From positions 1-64,000 of IMG/VR virus record IMGVR_UViG_3300046009_005595: a DNA stretch of 64,000 bases. One strand, written 5' to 3'. A program made the translations under genes and the position numbers. The DNA comes from an uncultured virus (IMG/VR IMGVR_UViG_3300046009_005595). Its lineage: Duplodnaviria; Heunggongvirae; Uroviricota; Caudoviricetes. Under the pieces are notes generated by a model, which ran no database searches, had not been told where the DNA came from, and saw only the letters and a program-made list of their open reading frames with translations. Below are positions 48,355-57,737 of the stretch, one piece after another. The first letter of the stretch is position 1; each line of letters opens with the position of its first letter.

Positions 48355-49572
48355 ATGTCAGATAGCAATCAACTTATCAGCAACTTTAGAGAAAGTTCTG
48401 CGGAAAATAACGTAGACCTTGGAGTTAAATTTGTTACTAAAGAATATTTAATTGATGTTTATCCTTATTTAAGTGGGTTAGGTAATATACAATTTGCTGG
48501 ATTATGGAATTGGGGTATGAATAATTATGGTCAATTAGGAGATAACACAAGAACAAATAAAAGTTATCCAGTACAAACAATTGCTTGGGGATCTAACTGG
48601 AAACAAGTTTCTTCTTCTAGTCATACAGCAGCAATAAAGACTGATGGCACTCTATGGACTTGGGGTGATAATTTTTATGGTGGATTAGGAGATAATTCAG
48701 TATCAAATAAAAGTTCTCCAGTTCAAACAGTAGCATTTGGTACTAACTGGAAACAAGTTTCTGCTGGTATTCTTCATACAGCAGCAATAAAGACTGATGG
48801 TACTCTATGGACTTGGGGATATAATAATAATGGTCAATTAGGAGATAATTCAGTATCAAATAAAAGTTCTCCAGTTCAAACTATATCTTTTGGTAATAAT
48901 TGGAAACAAGTCGCTTGTGGATATCACACAGCAGCAATAAAGACTGATGGGACTTTATGGCTTTGGGGAGTTAACATATACGGACAATTAGGAGATAACA
49001 CAAGAACAAGTAAAAGTTCTCCAGTACAAACTATATCAGCTGGAACTAATTGGAAACAAGTTACTGTTGGAAGTAACTACACAGCAGCAATAAAGACTGA
49101 TGGGACTTTATGGCTTTGGGGTAGAGATAATTATGGTCAATTAGGTGATAATTCAGTAGCAGATAAAAGTTCTCCAGTACAAACTGTATCAGCTGGAACT
49201 AATTGGAAACAAGTTTCCGCAGGTAAATTTCATACAGCATCTATTAAAACAGATGGGACTTTATGGCTTTGGGGTAGAGATAATTATGGTCAATTAGGTG
49301 ATAATTCAGTATCAAATAAAAGTTCTCCAGTACAAACTGTATCAGCTGGAACTAATTGGAAACAAGTAGCTTGCGGATATCAAACAGCAGCTATTAAAAC
49401 AGATGGAACTTTATGGCTTTGGGGCGATAATACATATGGACAATTAGGAGATAATTCAATAACAAAGAGAAGTTCTCCAGTACAAACAATTGCATTTGGA
49501 ACCAATTGGAAACAAGTATCTTGCGGATCTATAACTACTACATCAGTCCAAGAAATGGGAGATGATTTTTGA
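48355..49572 (+). CDS. RCC1-repeat beta-propeller protein
   Basis: Same repeat unit as 46481. Confidence 0.92.
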   Translation: MSDSNQLISNFRESSAENNVDLGVKFVTKEYLIDVYPYLSGLGNIQFAGLWNWGMNNYGQLGDNTRTNKSYPVQTIAWGSNWKQVSSSSHTAAIKTDGTLWTWGDNFYGGLGDNSVSNKSSPVQTVAFGTNWKQVSAGILHTAAIKTDGTLWTWGYNNNGQLGDNSVSNKSSPVQTISFGNNWKQVACGYHTAAIKTDGTLWLWGVNIYGQLGDNTRTSKSSPVQTISAGTNWKQVTVGSNYTAAIKTDGTLWLWGRDNYGQLGDNSVADKSSPVQTVSAGTNWKQVSAGKFHTASIKTDGTLWLWGRDNYGQLGDNSVSNKSSPVQTVSAGTNWKQVACGYQTAAIKTDGTLWLWGDNTYGQLGDNSITKRSSPVQTIAFGTNWKQVSCGSITTTSVQEMGDDF

Positions 49573-50066
49573 TAAAACTTCTCCAAGCAGATAATTTCTA
49601 CAATCAAACTGATGTAGATCATATATTTAATTGTACAAATAATTTACAATATATAGAAAAAGAACACGGGTTTGAAATAGATCAATTCAATCTAGTAATA
49701 CCAGGATTAGATTCTGTATTTTCTAAATTCGTTGGGGAAGAAGTATATGTTGATGAAGAAAATTCAGGAATATTTAGAAAACCAAATTTAAGAATACATT
49801 TCGAAGGATTTGATTCTATGCAAGAATGGATTTTTATATTAGCATTAGAACCTACAACTTTTAATTTATATCATCATTTAAGTGGAGCAAAAAACGCATT
49901 AGATGAATATAGATTTGATTATAATAATTTATTTGATTGGGATATTCATACTAATATATTATTAGAACCAAATCAAGGAATAATTTTCAGACCTTGGCTA
50001 TTTCATAGTTTAACACATCAACGTTTAGTACAATTATACAGATTAAAAGGAAAAGATAATGGCTAA
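49569..50066 (+). CDS. Hypothetical protein, possibly 2OG-Fe(II) oxygenase-like fold
   Basis: DNFY, IHFE, N...IFRPWLFHS; TTG start overlapping the upstream TGA. Confidence 0.5.
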   Translation: MIKLLQADNFYNQTDVDHIFNCTNNLQYIEKEHGFEIDQFNLVIPGLDSVFSKFVGEEVYVDEENSGIFRKPNLRIHFEGFDSMQEWIFILALEPTTFNLYHHLSGAKNALDEYRFDYNNLFDWDIHTNILLEPNQGIIFRPWLFHSLTHQRLVQLYRLKGKDNG

Positions 50067-51213
50067 GATAGGATTTACAATTTCAGATGGCTCTGATCTT
50101 GGGGATTTATTAGTACCAAGAGATATTTTCTCAGAAGGTGGATTGTGGCTTTGTGGTTATAATATTAACGGTCAATTAGGAGATAATACAACAACTAACA
50201 GAAGTTCTCCAGTTCAAACAATTGCTTGGGGAACTAATTGGAAACAAGCTTCTTCTGGAGCAAGCCATACAGCAGCTATTAAGACTGATGGAACTCTATG
50301 GAATTGGGGAGTTAATTTTGGTAATTTAGGAGATAATACAATAACCAGCAGAAGTTCTCCAGTTCAAACAATTACATTCGGAACTAATTGGAAACAAGTT
50401 GATGCTGGAAGTAACTACACAGCAGCAATAAAGACAGATGGAACATTATGGACTTGGGGGGATAATACATACGGACAATTAGGTGATAATTCAACATCTC
50501 GTAAAAGTTCTCCAGTTCAAACAGTAGCATTTGGTAATAATTGGAAACAAGTAGCTTGCGGATATCACACAGCAGCTATTAAAACTGATGGAACCTTATG
50601 GACTTGGGGGTATAATAATAATGGTCAATTAGGTGATAATACAATAACTAATAAAAGTTCTCCAGTTCAAACAGTAGCATTTGGTACTAACTGGAAACAA
50701 GTTTCTGCTGGCAGATATCATACAGCAGCTATTAAAACTGATGGAACCTTATGGACTTGGGGAGATAATATCAGGGGACAATTAGGTGATAATACAACAA
50801 CAGATAAAAGTTCCCCTGTTCAAACTGTAGCATTTGGTACTAACTGGAAACAGGTATCTTGTGGGTATCATACAGCAGCCATTAAAACTAATGGAACCTT
50901 ATGGACTTGGGGAGATAATGGTAACGGTCAATTAGGTGATAATACAAGAACAATAAAAAGTTCCCCTGTTCAAACTATAACATTTGGAACTAACTGGAAA
51001 CAAGTTTCTGCCGGTTATGTGAATACAGCAGCCATTAAAACTGATGGAACATTATGGACTTGGGGAAATAATAGTAGAGGACAATTAGGAGATAATACGG
51101 TAGACTCTAAAAGTTCTCCTGTCCAAACTATAGCTTTTGGGACCAATTGGAAACAAGTCTCAACCTCAGCTATGGCTGGATATAATACTGTAATAGTAAA
51201 AGATGACATGTAA
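50059..51213 (+). CDS. RCC1-repeat beta-propeller protein
   Basis: Same repeat unit as 46481. Confidence 0.92.
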   Translation: MAKIGFTISDGSDLGDLLVPRDIFSEGGLWLCGYNINGQLGDNTTTNRSSPVQTIAWGTNWKQASSGASHTAAIKTDGTLWNWGVNFGNLGDNTITSRSSPVQTITFGTNWKQVDAGSNYTAAIKTDGTLWTWGDNTYGQLGDNSTSRKSSPVQTVAFGNNWKQVACGYHTAAIKTDGTLWTWGYNNNGQLGDNTITNKSSPVQTVAFGTNWKQVSAGRYHTAAIKTDGTLWTWGDNIRGQLGDNTTTDKSSPVQTVAFGTNWKQVSCGYHTAAIKTNGTLWTWGDNGNGQLGDNTRTIKSSPVQTITFGTNWKQVSAGYVNTAAIKTDGTLWTWGNNSRGQLGDNTVDSKSSPVQTIAFGTNWKQVSTSAMAGYNTVIVKDDM

Positions 51214-51218
51214 ATCAA

Positions 51219-51226
51219 TATAAATA
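51219..51226 (+). promoter_or_regulatory. Late promoter for the sulfotransferase cluster
   Basis: Intergenic TATAAATA 30 nt before ATG 51257. Confidence 0.7.
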
Positions 51227-51256
51227 CTTTTGTGAATTTTATCATGGGAATTTTAT

Positions 51257-52036
51257 ATGAACAAAAAATACTATTTTATTTCAGGGTTGCCTCGTTCAGG
51301 AACAACCCTTCTTTCTGCAATCCTTAATCAAAACCCTAAATTTCAAGCATCTATTTCTGGTCCTTTAGCTAGATTTACTAGAGCTATAATAGAACAATCT
51401 TCAGCTATGTCTGGTTATAGGCATCAATGTCCTCCAGACAAACGCAAAAAAATTATTGAAGGTATATTTGATAATTATTATGATACTCCAAATAAAAAAG
51501 TCTTTTTCGATACTAATAGAGGATGGGGATTACTAACTCCATTTTTAAAAGACATTTATCCTTATACAAAAATTATCATGTGTGTAAGAGATTTAAATTG
51601 GGTTCTTGATTCTTTTGAAACTTTATACAGAAAAAATCCATATGATAAATCTCTTATGATTCCTGATGAATTTGCATCTACGGTTTACTCTAGATGTGAT
51701 TATCTAATGAGAGAAGATTCTACAGTAGGGTTCGCTTATCTATCTCTAAAACAAGCTATAACTTCAGAAGAAAAAAATATGATTATGTTAGTTGAATATG
51801 AACAGCTTTGTAAAAATCCAGAAGGTATGATGAAAGCAATATATAATTTCATAAATCAACCGTATTATCAACATGATTTTAATAATGTAGAATCATCTCA
51901 TGATGAATTTGATGCAGATGTTAATATAAAAGGTTTACATACAACCAGAAAAGAAGTTAAATGGATAGAACGTCAAATGATATTACCTCCAGACATTCAA
52001 CATAAATTTAAAGACCTAGAAGTTTGGCGATATTAA
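51257..52036 (+). CDS. Sulfotransferase family protein
   Basis: FISGLPRSGTTLL PAPS-binding loop, KIIMCVRD...S, VEYEQL..NP. Confidence 0.88.
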   Translation: MNKKYYFISGLPRSGTTLLSAILNQNPKFQASISGPLARFTRAIIEQSSAMSGYRHQCPPDKRKKIIEGIFDNYYDTPNKKVFFDTNRGWGLLTPFLKDIYPYTKIIMCVRDLNWVLDSFETLYRKNPYDKSLMIPDEFASTVYSRCDYLMREDSTVGFAYLSLKQAITSEEKNMIMLVEYEQLCKNPEGMMKAIYNFINQPYYQHDFNNVESSHDEFDADVNIKGLHTTRKEVKWIERQMILPPDIQHKFKDLEVWRY

Positions 52037-52399
52037 ATGAAAGAATGTGGGGAATGTACAGCTTGTTGTGACGGCTGGTTAATTTCAAATTCATATGGGA
52101 ATAAGTTTGGTAATGGAATACCTTGCTTATTTTTATGCAATAAAAAATGTTCCATATATACTACAAGACCTGAAACTTGTTCAAAATATCAATGTGCATG
52201 GAGTCAAGGATTATTTCCAGATTGGATGAAACCAACTGAAAGTAAGGTTCTTATATCAGTTGAAATTGATTTAAATAAAAAACAATTTCTAAAAGTTATA
52301 CAGATGGAAAATCATATAGAACAAGCTATTATAGATTTTATTGAAAATTGGGTTAAAGAAAATAATACATATTATATAATACAAGGTGATACAAAATGA
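52037..52399 (+). CDS. Cys-cluster (YkgJ-like) protein
   Basis: CGECTACC, C.FL...CSIY..RP..C..YQC. Confidence 0.7.
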   Translation: MKECGECTACCDGWLISNSYGNKFGNGIPCLFLCNKKCSIYTTRPETCSKYQCAWSQGLFPDWMKPTESKVLISVEIDLNKKQFLKVIQMENHIEQAIIDFIENWVKENNTYYIIQGDTK

Positions 52400-52947
52400 A
52401 AATTAATATTGGTGGTGGTTTAAAAAGATTTGATGGATTTTTAAATGTAGATTCTGATGAATTAACCAATCCAGACTTTTTGGTAAACTTAAATAAAGAT
52501 AAATTACCATTCGAAGATAATTCAGTAGAAGAAATTAAAGCTCATCATATTCTAGAGCACATTGGAGATGGATTTTTATCTCTTATGCAAGAAATTTATA
52601 GAGTATGTAAAGATGGGGCTATTATTGATATTGAAGTCCCTCATCATAGACACGAAAACTATTTTGGAGATCCTACTCACGTTAGACCAATAACAGTTGA
52701 AATGTTTAAGAAATTCAGTAAGAAATATAACCGTTGGCATATTGACACATATGGTTCAGCTTCTGGGTTCGGGCTTACTTTAAATGTTGATTTTGAAGTA
52801 TTAGAATTTGATTATATTATAGAAAATAGATATCTTCCTCTAGTAGAACAAGGAAGGTTTGAAGAAATTCAAGAAATTTCAGAAAGATTTAATAATGTTT
52901 ATAGTGATACTAAAATCAAATTAGTTGTGGTGAAAGATGACAACTAA
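52396..52947 (+). CDS. Class I SAM-dependent methyltransferase-like protein
   Basis: INIGGG, NVD, LPFEDNSV, HILEH, EIYRV, DPTH. Confidence 0.85.
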   Translation: MKINIGGGLKRFDGFLNVDSDELTNPDFLVNLNKDKLPFEDNSVEEIKAHHILEHIGDGFLSLMQEIYRVCKDGAIIDIEVPHHRHENYFGDPTHVRPITVEMFKKFSKKYNRWHIDTYGSASGFGLTLNVDFEVLEFDYIIENRYLPLVEQGRFEEIQEISERFNNVYSDTKIKLVVVKDDN

Positions 52948-54364
52948 AATGGGAATTTCTGATTTAGAACCAATAATTTTAACATTAGAAAGATTAAAGA
53001 AAAAAGAATTAGCTGTTGAAATTTTGGAAACATTTTCTAAAGTTTCTAGATCATATGATGAATATGATAATATTGCTAAATGTTTCTTTAGATTAAAAGA
53101 TTATAATTCTTCTATAGAATATGGTTTGAAAGCTTTAGTATTAGCTCCAGATAGTCAGCGTTTATATTTTGCTAGGGAAAATTTAATTAATGTATACCAA
53201 CATGCAAATTATCCAGAAATAGCTTTAAAATATATTGAACAAAACGAACATGTCATTCCAAATAATGTAGACAATTTATTAGCTAAAGCATATTCATTTT
53301 ATCTATTAACTAGAAGAGATGAAGCAGAAGAAATTTTACAAAATTTATTATCAAATTTTGAATTATCTGAAGAAATAGAAACTAAAGTTAAATTTAATCT
53401 AGGTACTTATTATCTATATAGAGATGAATTTCAAAAAGGATTAAGATTATTCTTAGAACAAGGGGCTAAGATGAAGGTTTGGAATACTGAATCTATTTTT
53501 GCTAGAAATAATAATTTAAATCTAGAAACATTTAATAATAAAATAAAAGCTCAGTCTTTTAAAAAGTGGGATGGAATTATAAGACCTGGTAAATCTATTA
53601 TAGTTCATGCTGAAGCTGGGATAGGCGATGAAATAATTAATTTTAGATTTATGAAAACTCTTACTGATTTAGGAATGATTCCTTATTGGTATAATTCCTA
53701 TCCAGAAAGATCTGATATATTAAAAGTTTTTGAACGACAAGGATTTAATGTAATAAGAAAATTATCTGAAGTTTCAGATTCTGATGTATATTATACTCAA
53801 TCTATGCATTTACCAATAGATCTAAATTTAGAATATAAAGATTTATGGTATGGACCTTATATTAAAGCAGATGAATCATATATAGAAAAATGGAGTTATA
53901 TAAAAACTAGCGAAAAATTAAAGATTGGAATTAGATGGCAAGGAAATCCTTTCTATGATAATGATTTACATAGATCAGTTGATTTAAAGGGAATTTATGA
54001 ATCTTTAAAACATATAGACGCAGATTTTTATTCATTACAAAAGGATAATGGTTTAGAAGAATTATCAGATTTCCATGGACTTATTGATCTTGGGGATAAA
54101 TTAAATTCATGGGAAGATACACTAGCTGTAATAGAAAATTTAGATCTTGTAATAACAAGCTGCACTTCAGTAGCTCATGCTTCTGCTGCTATGGGTAAAA
54201 GGACTTGCATTTTTGTACCTATTTCTGCTTATTATGTTTGGTCTCATTCTATGGAAAAATCTCCTTGGTATGGTGATAATGTATTTTTATTCAGACAAGA
54301 ATCTCCTAGAACTTGGAAAGAACCATTAGAAAAATTAAAGAAATCTTTATTTAATATAATCTAA
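52937..54364 (+). CDS. TPR-containing glycosyltransferase (GT9-like C-terminus)
   Basis: TPR-like helices; EAGIGDEI, KIGIRWQGNP, SLQK, DTLAVIENLDLVITSCTSVAHASAAMG, SPWY. Confidence 0.8.
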   Translation: MTTKMGISDLEPIILTLERLKKKELAVEILETFSKVSRSYDEYDNIAKCFFRLKDYNSSIEYGLKALVLAPDSQRLYFARENLINVYQHANYPEIALKYIEQNEHVIPNNVDNLLAKAYSFYLLTRRDEAEEILQNLLSNFELSEEIETKVKFNLGTYYLYRDEFQKGLRLFLEQGAKMKVWNTESIFARNNNLNLETFNNKIKAQSFKKWDGIIRPGKSIIVHAEAGIGDEIINFRFMKTLTDLGMIPYWYNSYPERSDILKVFERQGFNVIRKLSEVSDSDVYYTQSMHLPIDLNLEYKDLWYGPYIKADESYIEKWSYIKTSEKLKIGIRWQGNPFYDNDLHRSVDLKGIYESLKHIDADFYSLQKDNGLEELSDFHGLIDLGDKLNSWEDTLAVIENLDLVITSCTSVAHASAAMGKRTCIFVPISAYYVWSHSMEKSPWYGDNVFLFRQESPRTWKEPLEKLKKSLFNII

Positions 54365-55204
54365 AATAGCACAAGAATATTTCTGATAATGTTCTTTTAA
54401 ATTTTCTGGCATAGGAATCCATTCAATATATTGTTCTGAATTTTCTATGCCATTTTTTATACAAACTTCTTTTGCTACATCATAAAAAGATTTGGTAGTT
54501 CCAGTACCAACATCATATATGCCAGAATTATGTTCTTTTATTAATTTCAATTTCGTATTAATAACATCTTCTACAGATATAAAATCTCTATAATATTCTT
54601 TAGAACCTTCAAATAATTTTATTTTTCCATATTCATTTAATTGATTTGTAAATTTATGATATGGACTAGATTGATTTCCTTTATGATTTTCATTTGGACC
54701 ATATACATTGAAATATCTTAATCCTTGTAAAAGTTTAGGAGGTTTTCTGGATTTAATGACTAAATCTGCAACATAATCTACTTGTTGTTTTGATTTTGCA
54801 TATAAATTTAACGGATTAGTTTCTTTATTTGGATTATTCCATTCTTCTTTTGAAGGGTTTCCATACACAGAAGCTGAAGATGCATATTGCAATGGTATAT
54901 TATTATTTCTGCAATAATATATTAAATCCCATGAACAATTTACGTTTTTATGAAATAAAGATTTCCAATCAGTTTCTGTTGTTGATGATATTGCCCCTTC
55001 GTGAAATATTATTTGAGTTTCCTTACAATATCTATCTATATCATTATAAAAAACATCTGCTGGTGTAAATAAAATATTATGTTTAATAATATAATCTCTT
55101 TGTTGATAATCCACAGCTAATATATCAGTTTCTCCTGATTCTATCAAACTTTTTATTAAATTTGATCCGATAAAACCACAAGCTCCAGTAACAATTATTT
55201 TCAT
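54347..55204 (-). CDS. hldD: ADP-L-glycero-D-manno-heptose 6-epimerase
   Basis: IVTGACGFIGSNL, IFHEGAISSTTE, YASSASVYG, PLNLYAKSK, LRYFNVYGP.E.HKG, IPMPE.L..HYQ; ATG 55204 behind GAGG. Confidence 0.88.
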   Translation of the reverse strand: MKIIVTGACGFIGSNLIKSLIESGETDILAVDYQQRDYIIKHNILFTPADVFYNDIDRYCKETQIIFHEGAISSTTETDWKSLFHKNVNCSWDLIYYCRNNNIPLQYASSASVYGNPSKEEWNNPNKETNPLNLYAKSKQQVDYVADLVIKSRKPPKLLQGLRYFNVYGPNENHKGNQSSPYHKFTNQLNEYGKIKLFEGSKEYYRDFISVEDVINTKLKLIKEHNSGIYDVGTGTTKSFYDVAKEVCIKNGIENSEQYIEWIPMPENLKEHYQKYSCAILDYIK

Positions 55205-55264
55205 ATTAACCTCAATATTTTTATAAATATAGTATATAAATTTATTTATCACACAGGGTTACTC

Positions 55265-55600
55265 ATGGCAATTGTAAAAAATCTAACAGTAGACAGATAT
55301 TCTACATATGAAAGAATGTTTAGTTTTCTAGATAAAAATAAGAATCCTTTTGATCTTACTGGATATACAGCAAAAGCACAAATAAAGAAATATAGTAATG
55401 AAAGTTTAATTGCTGAGTTTGATTGTTCTGTTGTTCAGCCACCTACATTAGGAAGAATAATAGTAACATTAGATTATGGAATCACAGCAAATACAGATCC
55501 TGGTAAATATTCATATGATGTTTTATTATATTCAAATGAAGATACCGTTAGAGCAGTAGAAGGAACTATAGATATAACTCCTAATATAACTGAATTATAA
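55265..55600 (+). CDS. Small virion structural protein (BppU-like Ig fold)
   Basis: DLTGYTAKAQIKK, GKYSYDV, RAVEG.I.ITP; TATAAATA at 55222-55229. Confidence 0.7.
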   Translation: MAIVKNLTVDRYSTYERMFSFLDKNKNPFDLTGYTAKAQIKKYSNESLIAEFDCSVVQPPTLGRIIVTLDYGITANTDPGKYSYDVLLYSNEDTVRAVEGTIDITPNITEL

Positions 55601-55617
55601 TCTAAGAGGATTTTAAA

Positions 55618-57243
55618 ATTTCTAAAAGACAAATAATATTTGGAAAATCTTCTAATACTCCAAATAAAAAATCTATAGAATTTGCTGATGTATTAAATTC
55701 CTCAAATACAAGTAATGTTAATATTGTATTTGGGGAATCATCTAATACGCCAACTAAAAAAACTATAGGATTTGCTGATGTATTAAATTCTCCAAATACA
55801 AGTCAAGTTAAACTTGCAACTGGAAAATCTTCTAATACCCCAACTAAAAAAAATATACAATTTGTTGATGTATTGAATTCTCCAAATACAAGTTATGTTG
55901 AACTTGTAAATCTATATAATATTCCTAATAAATCATATATAGAATTTGTTGATTTACTAAATTCTCCAGATATAAATTATGTTGAAGTTGTAAACGTATA
56001 TAATATTCCAAATAAAGCATATATAGAATATGCAGAAGTACAATATTCTGCAACTGGTAAATATATTGATTATGCTGAATTGGAAAGATCTCCTTTTGCA
56101 AAATATATTGCATTTGTAGATGTAATTGCAGATATGAATTCATATGATTTATTGAAATTTGAAAATGTTATTATATTAGATATTCAAACTTTTACATTAT
56201 CAAAAACTTTTTATGAAAGTTTTAAAACTTCAGATACTACAAAATTAAATCCTAATAAAATAAGAAAAGAAACTATAGTATTCTCAGACACACTTTCCCT
56301 ATTAGCTATATTCAATAGAAATCCTAAAGATACTTCATTAATTGATGATATTGTATATTTAAAATATAATAAACCATTTATAGATAATTTTAATATAGAT
56401 GATATATCTTTTTTAAATCCTAATAAGATAAAGTATGATACTATTATTACAGATGATAGTAAAATATTAGATGCTTCTAAAATAAAATATGATACCAGTA
56501 TTATAAATGATAGCAAAATATTTGATGCTTCTAAGATAAAGTATGATAATACTGAAATTTTAGATGTCTCTACATTTAATCAATTTAAGACAAAATATGA
56601 TACTAGCATTATAAATGATATATCTTTTTTAAATCCTAATAAAATAAAGTATGATGGTAGTGTTATAGATGATAGAAAAACATTTGATTCTTTTAAGATA
56701 AAATATGATATTAGTTCTATATCAGATACATCTTTTTTAAATCCTAATAAGATAAAATATGATATTAGTTCTATATCAGATACATCTTTTTTAAATCCTA
56801 ATAAAATAAAGTATGATATTAGTATTATAAATGATATTAAATCATTTGATGCTTCTAAGATAAAATATGATACTATCATTATAAATGATATCAAAACATT
56901 TGATGCTTTTAAGATAAAATATGATACTAGTTCTATAACAGATATATCTAAAATAGACACTAATAAATTCATATATGATACAATAATAACAACAGATGTT
57001 GCTGTATTAAATCAGTTAAAAATACTTTATGATACTAGTTCTATAATTGATAATAAGACTATAAATCAATCTAAAATAAAATATGATAATATTAATATAT
57101 TTGAAAGTATTTCATTAAATCCAGAAAAGTCTGAATTTGATGCATTTTCTTTTCAAGAATATGGTGAGATGTTTCATTATACATATACATTCAATAATAC
57201 CTATTTTGCCGAACGCTATGTTGGCGTAATTTCAACTTTTTAA
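55618..57243 (+). CDS. Repeat-rich putative structural protein, probable ATT start
   Basis: Frame open from 55606; AGAGGA RBS 7 nt before ATT 55618; 30-aa N-terminal repeats and 18-aa SFLNPNKIKYDISSISDT-type repeats. Confidence 0.65.
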   Translation: MSKRQIIFGKSSNTPNKKSIEFADVLNSSNTSNVNIVFGESSNTPTKKTIGFADVLNSPNTSQVKLATGKSSNTPTKKNIQFVDVLNSPNTSYVELVNLYNIPNKSYIEFVDLLNSPDINYVEVVNVYNIPNKAYIEYAEVQYSATGKYIDYAELERSPFAKYIAFVDVIADMNSYDLLKFENVIILDIQTFTLSKTFYESFKTSDTTKLNPNKIRKETIVFSDTLSLLAIFNRNPKDTSLIDDIVYLKYNKPFIDNFNIDDISFLNPNKIKYDTIITDDSKILDASKIKYDTSIINDSKIFDASKIKYDNTEILDVSTFNQFKTKYDTSIINDISFLNPNKIKYDGSVIDDRKTFDSFKIKYDISSISDTSFLNPNKIKYDISSISDTSFLNPNKIKYDISIINDIKSFDASKIKYDTIIINDIKTFDAFKIKYDTSSITDISKIDTNKFIYDTIITTDVAVLNQLKILYDTSSIIDNKTINQSKIKYDNINIFESISLNPEKSEFDAFSFQEYGEMFHYTYTFNNTYFAERYVGVISTF

Positions 57244-57286
57244 TTATATAAATAATATAAAATATATTATTTTAGAGGAAACTTAA

Positions 57287-57733
57287 ATGTTCAAAGAATC
57301 AATAAAAATGTCAGGAAATATTAATCTTCATCTTACAGATGAAGATGGAAATCTTAAAGTAAATGGAACATATCCTAATCTTGTAGTATTTTCAGGAAAA
57401 TCTTATATTGCTAATAGAATGACTTCAAATTCTTCTGCTATAATGTCTCATCTTGCTGTTGGAACAAATACAGTGGCAGCAGCAAATACTGATATTATTT
57501 TAAATGCAGAAATTTCTAGGGTTGCATTAACTTCTACTACAGTATCATCTAATACTATAACTTATGTTACTATATTTAATCCTGGTAGTGGAACTGGAGC
57601 TATAACAGAAGCTGGAATATTCAATTCAGCAACAGCAAATGGTGGAACAATGCTTTGTAGAACAGTATTTCCTGTAGTTAACAAAGAAAGTGGAGATACA
57701 TTGACAATTACTTGGAATGTAACAGCAAGTTAA
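57287..57733 (+). CDS. Putative tail/structural protein
   Basis: NLVV..G, AVGT, GAITEAGIFN, RTVF.VVNK..GDTLTITW; TATAAATA at 57247-57254. Confidence 0.75.
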   Translation: MFKESIKMSGNINLHLTDEDGNLKVNGTYPNLVVFSGKSYIANRMTSNSSAIMSHLAVGTNTVAAANTDIILNAEISRVALTSTTVSSNTITYVTIFNPGSGTGAITEAGIFNSATANGGTMLCRTVFPVVNKESGDTLTITWNVTAS

Positions 57734-57737
57734 TAAA

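Noticed and set aside
46481..51213. Diversity-generating retroelement
   Set aside because: No reverse transcriptase or non-coding template repeat; differences are not restricted to adenines
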